From Acidimicrobiia bacterium (lineage in GTDB: Bacteria; Actinomycetota; Acidimicrobiia; Spongiisociales; ZC4RG35), in the NCBI GenBank assembly GCA_036373995.1, contig DASUUP010000373.1:6488-70487 (forward strand): a stretch of 64,000 bases of DNA, read 5' to 3'. This document shows, one piece after another, positions 56,762 through 64,000 of this stretch (the first letter of the stretch is position 1; every line of letters begins with the position of its first letter). Below the pieces are notes generated by a model. It made no database searches. It saw only the letters and a list, made by a program, of their open reading frames with translations, and was not told the origin of the DNA. Both the position numbers and the translations under genes were made by a program.

Positions 56762-57454
56762 TCAGGTGGGGTTGACCTCACCCTGACTCGGCAACTCCTG
56801 GTTGCGTAGGAACGTGAGCACGGCCGCTACCCGCCGGTGCTGCTCGCCGTCCTCGGGACGAAGGGTGAGCTTGGCGAATATCGAGTTGATGTGTTTCTCG
56901 ACGGCCGACTGCGAGATGAACAGGGTCTCGGAGATGGCGGCGTTCGATTTCCCTTGCGCCATCTCTCCCAGAACCTCGGTTTCCCTCTCTGTGAGGGTGT
57001 CGAGAAGGGTCCCGGCGAGCTGATGGCGTCGTGCCAACAGACCCTCCACTACCTGCGGGTCGACCACCGAGCCACCGGTCGTGACCGCACGAAGGGCCCG
57101 CAGTATCTCGTCGACGTCGCCAACCCGATCCTTGAGCAGGTAGGCAAGACCGGATGTCCCTTCCCGAAACAATTCGAAGGCGTACAGCGAGTTGACGTAC
57201 TGAGACAGAACCACCACTCCGATTCCCGGATACCGGTCACGGATCTGGTGGGCCGCTTCGATGCCTTCTTTCTGGTTGGTGGGCGGCATGCGGATGTCGG
57301 TTATGACCGCATCGGGCCGGATACGGTCGACTGTCTCGAGGAGAGCCTCGAAGTCTTCCACCGTTGCGACCACCTCGACCTCTCCGGTTGATTCGACGAG
57401 CTGTCGGGTCCCTTCGCGTACCAGATAGTGGTCCTCGGCGATGACGACTTTCAT
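56762..57454 (-). CDS. NarL/LuxR-family response regulator
   Basis: REC domain (VVIAEDHYLVREG...DAVITDIRMP) and LuxR HTH (LTERETEVLGEMAQGKSNAAISETLFISQSAVEKHI). Confidence 0.8.
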   Translation of the reverse strand: MKVVIAEDHYLVREGTRQLVESTGEVEVVATVEDFEALLETVDRIRPDAVITDIRMPPTNQKEGIEAAHQIRDRYPGIGVVVLSQYVNSLYAFELFREGTSGLAYLLKDRVGDVDEILRALRAVTTGGSVVDPQVVEGLLARRHQLAGTLLDTLTERETEVLGEMAQGKSNAAISETLFISQSAVEKHINSIFAKLTLRPEDGEQHRRVAAVLTFLRNQELPSQGEVNPT

Positions 57455-59487
57455 AGTCGGGCCGCGGGGATGATGGCCTGGATGCTGGTCCCGTGATCGG
57501 CTCGGCTGGAGATGGCCAGTGTGCCCCCGAGGGCACGGATCCGATCACCCAGCCCGGCGAGGCCATATCCCCGGTCTGTGCCGGGATCGAAGCCACATCC
57601 GTCGTCGGTCACGCCAAGCTGGATCCTGTCTCCGTTGGCGTCGAGCGTGACCTCGACGCGCGAGGCCCCGGAGTGTTTCAGCGTGTTGGCCAGGGCCTCG
57701 CTGACGAAGAAGTAGGCGGCTCCCTCCACGTCGTCGTCGAATCGCATCGTGCGCAACGCCTCCGGAGCACGCAGCGACACCTCCAGCGGGACATGAGCAC
57801 ATCTGTCCTCGACGGCCTCGAGGATCCCGCCATCGCTCAAAACCGACGGATGGATTCCCTGAGCCAGCTCCCGGAGGTCGGAGAGGATGTGTTGCGCCTC
57901 CGTCTGGAGTTCGGCGATCGCCTCAGGTGTCAGTTCCCCCCGCGCAGCGTTGGTCTTGGCCATACCGAGACGGGCAACGAGCGCCACGAGCTCCTGCTGG
58001 GCGCCGTCGTGGATGTTGCGCTCGATGCGGCGTCGCTCGGCCTCGGCTGCGTTGAGGATCCGCCCTGCCAGCCGGGCGTTCATGACGGCGAGCCCCACCT
58101 GGGCCGCGAGGGTCTGGACGAGGTGTTTCTCGTCGTCGTCGATCGACCCGCTCAGTTTCGGGCCGCACTCGATCCTCCCCACGTTCTCCGACCCGATCCC
58201 TATGGGCACCTCGAGCTCGGTCGTTCCGGTTCGCTCTCCTGACTCGGCCCTCGTGCCGTCGTCGAGAGTCGCTGTCACCCACTTCAGCCTGACCGCTTTC
58301 CTGATGGTCTCGACGAGGCGGGGAAGCAGTTCGGCCGGTTCTGCCGACTGTTCGATCGTCTCTCCGAACTCGGCCACCGCCTCGTAGTGGGTCGGCCGGA
58401 TGCCGAAGACCCAGCGATCGGCGACCAGTTGCAGACGACGTCGTGCCGGCTGGAATACAACCGCCACGATCACCGTGAGCACCACGGCCACTTCGATGTC
58501 GAGACGCGCCCCGGCAGCCACCACACCGAAGGCAGCGGCTGCGCCGATGTAGAGAAGCAATATGACGAATGACAGCGCTCCGTAGACGAACGACCTGCGA
58601 ATGACAATGTCCACGTCGAACCATGGAGGCTCCAGGACGGCGATGACCAGGGATGCGAAGAAGAAAAGCATCGGCAGAGAGGAGAGAAGAGCGACCACGT
58701 TGTGCTGCAACGGCGGCACGACACCGAGCTCGCCCAGCGCGAACGGTGCCCCCGAGATGAGAATCGCCATGGCACCGCCGTAGAGGACCCAGCGGATCTG
58801 TTTCTTCTCTCTGGTCGCAGTATCTCGATACCGCAGGAAGAGAATGACGATTGCGGCGAGGATGATGAGGTAGCCCACCGAGGAGATCGCGCCGAGGAAG
58901 GATCCGTACGGCTCCAGCCAGCGAACGATGAAGGGGCTGGGCACGTCCTTCACGCCGGGAAACGAAAGGTCGTGAGCTTGGACGAACTCGTTTGAGATCA
59001 GCACCAGGGTCGGGAGAGGAACGGTGAGCCAGGAGAGTGCGATGAGACGACGCTCTCGCTGGAACCGGATTTCGCCCGTCGGGATGGTCACGAACAACGC
59101 GACTATGAGGACGACGCCAATGGCGCTGAATGTCTGAGCCAGCCACATCGGAGCCCACATCCAGTCCTGCACTCCGGACATCTCGAAGGCTCGGATCGTC
59201 GGTATCTCGAGGATTGTCAGGAGGACGAACAAGCAGATCGAGCTGACGGTGAGGAGCTCGCCGATCGGGTTCTCCGGACGCTTCCACATCAGATACACAC
59301 CCGCCAGCACCGGCGTGGGAACCACGACAAGGGACCAGATCAGCTCGTTGACAGTGAATGGCTCGGTGGCTGTTGCCATCCACCAGACCAGCAGAGGGAC
59401 GTAGATCGCCGAGGTCATGACGACCAGCGACCACACCAATCTCCGTCTCACACGTCGATTCTGCCTTTCGCGAGGCGGTCCGTCCAT
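57451..59487 (-). CDS. sensor histidine kinase, NarL-type (HisKA_3 + HATPase_c) with ~10 TM N-terminal domain
   Basis: 678 aa; H-box ERRRIERNIHDGAQQELVAL; ATP-lid …GYGLAGLGDRIRALGGTL; 4-nt overlap with RR gene. Confidence 0.75.
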   Translation of the reverse strand: MDGPPRERQNRRVRRRLVWSLVVMTSAIYVPLLVWWMATATEPFTVNELIWSLVVVPTPVLAGVYLMWKRPENPIGELLTVSSICLFVLLTILEIPTIRAFEMSGVQDWMWAPMWLAQTFSAIGVVLIVALFVTIPTGEIRFQRERRLIALSWLTVPLPTLVLISNEFVQAHDLSFPGVKDVPSPFIVRWLEPYGSFLGAISSVGYLIILAAIVILFLRYRDTATREKKQIRWVLYGGAMAILISGAPFALGELGVVPPLQHNVVALLSSLPMLFFFASLVIAVLEPPWFDVDIVIRRSFVYGALSFVILLLYIGAAAAFGVVAAGARLDIEVAVVLTVIVAVVFQPARRRLQLVADRWVFGIRPTHYEAVAEFGETIEQSAEPAELLPRLVETIRKAVRLKWVTATLDDGTRAESGERTGTTELEVPIGIGSENVGRIECGPKLSGSIDDDEKHLVQTLAAQVGLAVMNARLAGRILNAAEAERRRIERNIHDGAQQELVALVARLGMAKTNAARGELTPEAIAELQTEAQHILSDLRELAQGIHPSVLSDGGILEAVEDRCAHVPLEVSLRAPEALRTMRFDDDVEGAAYFFVSEALANTLKHSGASRVEVTLDANGDRIQLGVTDDGCGFDPGTDRGYGLAGLGDRIRALGGTLAISSRADHGTSIQAIIPAARL

Positions 59488-59594
59488 GGAGCGTGCTTCA
59501 AGTCACCCTCCTGCTCTTGTTGAAGCAGGCTGCACCCCGTGTTGGTGGCGCACCGTCTTCCTTCCGTCGACGACGTCTCATACGTTGACTAACC

Positions 59595-60095
59595 ATGAGT
59601 CAGATCGCGACAAAAGCCGTCAGAGTCGGCTTCTGGCGACGCCACGGCTGGAGGTTTCTGCTTGGCCTCGTCATCGTCATCGGGCTGTTCGGGATCGGTG
59701 ACATTCTCCGCGGCCAGGACGCCGATCCGGCCATCGCTGTGGGTGTTACCGGCCTGACACCGGATGAGATGCGCGCCGAGAGTGAGTCAGTCGCCAGGTT
59801 GACAGATTTCCTGGTCCGGGCCGGTGGCTTGCAGTTGCTCATGCTCAGCGTGCTGTGGGCCGTCACCCTTCTGGTCCCTTTCCGGCGAGGTGAGCGATGG
59901 GCCTGGTACGTGATGTGGACTTTCCCGCTCTGGGCGTTGGCCGTCTCGGTTTCCTTTCTGATCATCGAGTTGCAGCCCGATCAGCCACCACCACCGCCAG
60001 CCATTTCGGGCTGGGTCTTCTTCAGCCTCGCCGGATTGCTGCTCTTGGCTACGCGTCGGGACGACTCCGCGGCTTCTACGCAGACTTCGAGATAG
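59595..60095 (+). CDS. hypothetical membrane protein (4 TM)
   Basis: 166-aa hydrophobic ORF with good codon bias. Confidence 0.45.
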   Translation: MSQIATKAVRVGFWRRHGWRFLLGLVIVIGLFGIGDILRGQDADPAIAVGVTGLTPDEMRAESESVARLTDFLVRAGGLQLLMLSVLWAVTLLVPFRRGERWAWYVMWTFPLWALAVSVSFLIIELQPDQPPPPPAISGWVFFSLAGLLLLATRRDDSAASTQTSR

Positions 60096-60105
60096 GAGGA
60101 CGAGA

Positions 60106-60738
60106 ATGTGGGAATCGAGGACGGCACCGTTGTCGGGTGTGCTCTTCGCGGTGTTGCTGATCGCCAGCTTCTTGGTCGACTCCAACACCGACTACATGCC
60201 TCCGGCTGACGAAATCGTCGCTCACCTCACCGACGGTCCGATGCGAGTCATGTCGGCCGCCTATCTGCGGCTGTTGGCAGCTGCCGCGCTCATCTGGTTC
60301 AGCGGCAGCCTGCACAAGACGATTCGGGGCTTCGACGACGACAGTGGTCGGCTGTCGTTGCTCGCGTTCGGAGGGGGTGTGCTCGCTGCGGCCCTGATCG
60401 CCATGGGGGCGGCCGCCGTGGTGGCGGCTGCGGAAAGGGTCTGGATGGTGGAAATGATCGATTCCGGTGCCGCGGCCGCCTTGTACGACATGGCAGGCAT
60501 CGCTATTGGCAATGGTGCCCCGCTCGGGCTCGGGGTCATGATCGGTGCTGCCGGTATCGCCAGGATCCGGACAAAAGCCGGAAGTCCTTGGATCGGGTGG
60601 AGCAGCGTCGGCATCGGATTTGGCTTGCTCTCTCCATACGCGTGGGTGGTTCTGGCCTTGGCGTTGATCTGGATCTCAATAGCCGGGCTCTGGATGTACC
60701 GGGAGCAGTCCGACCCGGTGCCGGTGAAGGTGTCGTGA
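60106..60738 (+). CDS. hypothetical membrane protein (6 TM)
   Basis: 210-aa hydrophobic ORF; stop overlaps start of ABC ATPase gene. Confidence 0.45.
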   Translation: MWESRTAPLSGVLFAVLLIASFLVDSNTDYMPPADEIVAHLTDGPMRVMSAAYLRLLAAAALIWFSGSLHKTIRGFDDDSGRLSLLAFGGGVLAAALIAMGAAAVVAAAERVWMVEMIDSGAAAALYDMAGIAIGNGAPLGLGVMIGAAGIARIRTKAGSPWIGWSSVGIGFGLLSPYAWVVLALALIWISIAGLWMYREQSDPVPVKVS

Positions 60739-61679
60739 GTCGGCCAGTCCTCGAGATCCACGACCTCCGCAAGTCCTATCACGCCGTCGTCGCCCTGGAC
60801 GGCGTGACCTTCACGGCCCGGTCAGGGGAGGTGGTTGGACTCCTCGGGCCCAATGGAGCCGGTAAGACGACCACTGTCTCCATCGTCTGTGGGCTGAGAC
60901 GAGCCGATGCCGGCTCCGTGAAGGTGATGGGTATCGATGCCTTGGCCAGATCCGAGGAGGTCCGCCGACATCTCGGATTCGCTCCTCAGGATCTGGCGAT
61001 CTACCCGATCGACACCGTGAGACAGAATCTCACCTTCTTTGCGGAGCTCATCGGCTTGCGTGGCGCGCTTCTCACCCGTGAGCTGGAAGAGGTGGCATCT
61101 GCGCTGCGTCTGACCGATCTGATGGACCGGAAGGCGGCTGAGCTGTCGGGCGGTCAGAAGCGACGGCTCCACACGGCCATCGCCCTGCTCGATCGCCCGC
61201 CGCTCATTCTCTTGGATGAAGCCACCACAGGGGCCGACGTGGAGACGCGTAAGGCCCTGATAGAGGTTGTGAGACGACTGGCTGACGAAGGGTCCGCCGT
61301 CGTCTATTCGACGCATTACCTCCAGGAGGTGGAGGCCCTCGACGCCCGCGTCGTCATCCTCGATCAGGGGCGAGTGCTCGCCGACGGCGCATTGCGCGAT
61401 CTCGTCTCCAGGAGCGGGAACGCCTTCGTCGAGCTCGTATTCGAGGGCACACCGCCAGGAATCCCAGGCAGGTGGCACGTAACGGTCGACGGCACGCGTG
61501 TGCGGGTAGCCGTGGACCACCCGGAGAAGGCGGTCGGAGCGCTCCTGGAGACACTGGGGCCCCACAAGAGACGGTTGCAGAGTGTGGCTTTGGTGTCTCC
61601 CAGCCTGGAGACGGTCTTCATGAGCCTCACCGGGCGCCGTTACCGATCAGAGGGGCGAGCGGATGTCCTGGCGTCGTAG
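60735..61679 (+). CDS. ABC transporter ATP-binding protein (ABC-2/DrrA-like)
   Basis: GTG 60735 (VSRPVLEIHDL..); Walker A GPNGAGKTT, signature LSGGQKRRL, Walker B LILLDEATTG; track ORF 60588 over-extended. Confidence 0.8.
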   Translation: MSRPVLEIHDLRKSYHAVVALDGVTFTARSGEVVGLLGPNGAGKTTTVSIVCGLRRADAGSVKVMGIDALARSEEVRRHLGFAPQDLAIYPIDTVRQNLTFFAELIGLRGALLTRELEEVASALRLTDLMDRKAAELSGGQKRRLHTAIALLDRPPLILLDEATTGADVETRKALIEVVRRLADEGSAVVYSTHYLQEVEALDARVVILDQGRVLADGALRDLVSRSGNAFVELVFEGTPPGIPGRWHVTVDGTRVRVAVDHPEKAVGALLETLGPHKRRLQSVALVSPSLETVFMSLTGRRYRSEGRADVLAS

Positions 61680-62436
61680 CTGGGTTGTGATGCGTCACGA
61701 GCTGAGGGCGCTGGCGGACGACCCGGGCAGCCTCGTGTTCTTGTTGATCATGCCGTTGTTGATGATGGGGCTCATGAAACCCTTGTTCAGCCTCTCGCTG
61801 CAGGCGGACGGTTACCCCGGGGCCAACGGCGCCGAGCAGGCGGTGCCCGGCATGGCCGCAATGTTCGTGACCTTCACCGGAAGCTTTGCGGGGTTCACTT
61901 TCTTCAGAGAGCACGGCTGGAACACCTGGGATCGGCTACGCGCCAGCCAAGCCAAGACCCTCGACATCATGTTGGGCAAGATCGTCCCCACTCTCCTCAT
62001 CGCCGTGGCGCAGCTGGCGGCTCTCTTCTGCTTCGGCATTGTCCTGTTCGACCTCCTCGTCGCCGGGTCGTTGATCGGATTGGGGATGATCGGCGTGGCC
62101 TTCGCTCTCAGCATGCTCTCGTTCGGGATGGCCATCACCTCTTTGAGCCGGACGTCGCTCCAACTCAACACGTTCGTCAACCTGTTTGGAATCGTGTTCG
62201 CCGGAGTCGGGGGAGCTCTGGTCCCCCTGGTGGTTCTTCCTGATTGGGTGCAGGGCGCGGCACGATTCGTCCCCACCTACTGGGCGATGGATGGTTTTCT
62301 CGACGTGATCCTGGACGGTGCCGGAGCCAGGGAAGTCATGGCGTCGGCATCGGCCCTCCTATTGTTCTCCGCCGTCTTCACCGTCATCGCCGCCATCAAG
62401 TTCCGTTTCGAGGAGACCAAGGTCTACGTAGCCTGA
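61663..62436 (+). CDS. ABC-2 type transporter permease
   Basis: 257 aa, 6 TM; overlaps ATPase gene by 17 nt. Confidence 0.7.
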   Translation: MSWRRSWVVMRHELRALADDPGSLVFLLIMPLLMMGLMKPLFSLSLQADGYPGANGAEQAVPGMAAMFVTFTGSFAGFTFFREHGWNTWDRLRASQAKTLDIMLGKIVPTLLIAVAQLAALFCFGIVLFDLLVAGSLIGLGMIGVAFALSMLSFGMAITSLSRTSLQLNTFVNLFGIVFAGVGGALVPLVVLPDWVQGAARFVPTYWAMDGFLDVILDGAGAREVMASASALLLFSAVFTVIAAIKFRFEETKVYVA

Positions 62437-62517
62437 CGACACGTAACCTTGGGTGAGTGTCTTAGGGCGGGCCCCGTCGGTGCCGATAGAGACACGTCGG
62501 CCTAGAGACGCTCGAAA

Positions 62518-64000
62518 TTGGATCCAAACACCCCTGAACTCACCCGGATCTTCCGGGAGGAGCTGGACGAACGCACGAATCGTCTGGTCGATGGTGCGCG
62601 CTCCCTCAGCCAGGGCGAGCTGGCCAGCGACGCCGTCAAGGACATCCTTCGTGACGCTCACACCATCAAAGGCTCAGCCGCCCTACTCGGCCACGATCTG
62701 ATCCGCGACGGCGCTCGAAGGCTCGAGGAGCTCTGGCGGGAGGTTGCCGATGGGACCTCCGTCGATCCGGAGAAGGTGGTGGCGATGGAGGCCATCGCTG
62801 GCCGGCTGACCGGTGCCCTCGACGACCCCGAAGATCCGGAGTTGCGCCGCCTCATCGAGGACGCCGGCACCGGTACGGGGATACCGGCCCCGGAGCTCGT
62901 CTCGTTGCGTCCGCCCGATGTCGGCAGCCTGGGTGGTCTCCTCACATCGGTCTCTGAGTCGCTGCTCGGCGGGGCGACCCGGGTGGACACGGCAGACCTC
63001 TACAGGCTGATCAACCGCATCGTCGAGGTGTCCCTCGACGCCGAGGCCATCGCCGATCTCTCACTCGTTTCGATCGAGGGGGCCGATCCCGAGGTTTTCC
63101 GTCGCTCGTGGAGGACGCAGTTGGAGAGATTGAGTGACTCCATCGCCGACATCCAGGCGCAGGCGGTCTCCCTCGCCAATGTGTCCTTCTTCGATGCAGT
63201 CTCGACGTTCCCACAATTCGTCCGCTACCTCGGTCGCCGTTCGAGCAAGGACGTTCGTCTCGAGCTCACAGGCCATGACGTGCAGCTGGATCGCCAGATC
63301 GTCGACTTGCTGCGGGAGCCACTTCGACACCTCCTCGTCAACGCAGTGGACCACGGCATCGAGCCGCCAGACGAGCGGCTCGCCGCCGGCAAGCCCGGCA
63401 CCGGAGTGATCAGGGTCTCGGCCAGGGTCGTCGACGACGGGGTGGAAGTCACCGTCTCCGACGATGGCGCAGGCGTGGACTGGGGTCATGTCGCCGAGAA
63501 GGCGCGTGAAATGGGTCTCACTTACAGCCCCGGCGACCTGGCACCTGTCCTATTCCACCCAGGCTTCAGCACCCTCACCGAGTCGACCGAGTTCTCCGGC
63601 GCGGGCGATGGTCTCACCGAGGCAGCGGAAGCGGCGACTCAAGTGCACGGCGCCGTGAACATCGACTCCGAGCCCGGGAAGGGGACGAGAGTGACGATGA
63701 CGCTGCCGTTGTCCATGGTCCTCCAGAACGTGGTGGTCGTGGCCGAAGGCGACCAGTTCTGGGGCATCCCAGAGGCATCGGTCGAGGCCTCGATGCCTCT
63801 GGCCAACGCCGAGTTCACCACGGAGAGCAACGGGCGGGAGGTGCGCTTCGAGTCCGCGGCCATCCCCTGCCTGTCACTCTCGGAGGCGGTGGGGGGAGAC
63901 GAGCCTGCCGACACCTCGGAGATCCTCGTGATCAACACCCGATCAGGGTTGGTGGCCGTTACGGTGAGCGAGATCATCGACCGACGCCGTGTCGCGGTGA
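62518..64000 (+). CDS. cheA: CheA-like histidine kinase (Hpt-P3-HATPase-CheW), 3'-partial; not in supplied ORF track because frame runs off window
   Basis: Frame 1 open from TAG 62503-62505 to window end; first start TTG 62518; Hpt motif DAHTIKGSAALLGH; HATPase N/G boxes (LRHLLVNAVDHGIE; GVIRVSARVVDDGVEVTVSDDGAGVD; GAGDGL); C-terminal CheW-like region. Confidence 0.65.
   Translation, partial: MDPNTPELTRIFREELDERTNRLVDGARSLSQGELASDAVKDILRDAHTIKGSAALLGHDLIRDGARRLEELWREVADGTSVDPEKVVAMEAIAGRLTGALDDPEDPELRRLIEDAGTGTGIPAPELVSLRPPDVGSLGGLLTSVSESLLGGATRVDTADLYRLINRIVEVSLDAEAIADLSLVSIEGADPEVFRRSWRTQLERLSDSIADIQAQAVSLANVSFFDAVSTFPQFVRYLGRRSSKDVRLELTGHDVQLDRQIVDLLREPLRHLLVNAVDHGIEPPDERLAAGKPGTGVIRVSARVVDDGVEVTVSDDGAGVDWGHVAEKAREMGLTYSPGDLAPVLFHPGFSTLTESTEFSGAGDGLTEAAEAATQVHGAVNIDSEPGKGTRVTMTLPLSMVLQNVVVVAEGDQFWGIPEASVEASMPLANAEFTTESNGREVRFESAAIPCLSLSEAVGGDEPADTSEILVINTRSGLVAVTVSEIIDRRRVAV

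Noticed and set aside
62359-62661. 100-aa minus-strand ORF at ABC permease/cheA junction
   Set aside because: Overlaps the permease 3' end and cheA 5' end on the opposite strand; no support

Overview
High-GC (about two-thirds G+C) chromosomal segment with actinobacterial-type gene content; all 64 kb is densely coding with no rRNA/tRNA, CRISPR, transposase or integrase detected. Main blocks: (i) geranylgeranyl-reductase-like, HAD hydrolase and class-V aminotransferase genes (1-3087); (ii) a complete 14-gene NADH:quinone oxidoreductase operon nuoA-N (3157-18258); (iii) a bactofilin-like membrane protein, small Zn-ribbon-like ORF, moaA, small membrane protein and DUF402 protein (18242-21888); (iv) an alpha-glucan (GlgE-pathway) cluster glgB-GH57-glgE-treS/mak fusion with convergent glgP (21937-32646); (v) a DUF559 gene bracketed by REP-like palindromes and a divergent phosphodiesterase (32832-34875); (vi) a SECOND complex-I-like operon nuoA2B2C2D2-H2I2J2K2L2M2N2 that lacks the NuoE/F/G NADH-dehydrogenase module (34962-45398); (vii) GNAT, NUDIX, sensor kinase, LCP protein, a sulfite-oxidase-type Moco oxidoreductase fused to a pentapeptide-repeat domain, trpS, CPBP protease, guaB-like + guaA, a two-component system with a 12-TM protein, two small membrane proteins, an ABC-2 exporter and the 5' part of a cheA-like kinase. 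Non-coding structure noticed: three copies of a conserved 21-nt box followed by a co-varying hairpin in intergenic gaps of/near the first nuo operon; a shared 10-mer putative promoter box upstream of nuoA (leaderless) and nuoE; four copies of a REP-like palindromic element (one inside the nuo operon between nuoK and nuoL); an intrinsic terminator before trpS; a direct-repeat/hairpin array after guaA. Many ORFs in the supplied track are 5'-over-extended; starts were re-set at conserved N-termini/overlapping stop-start junctions. Long antisense ORFs are GC-driven artefacts.
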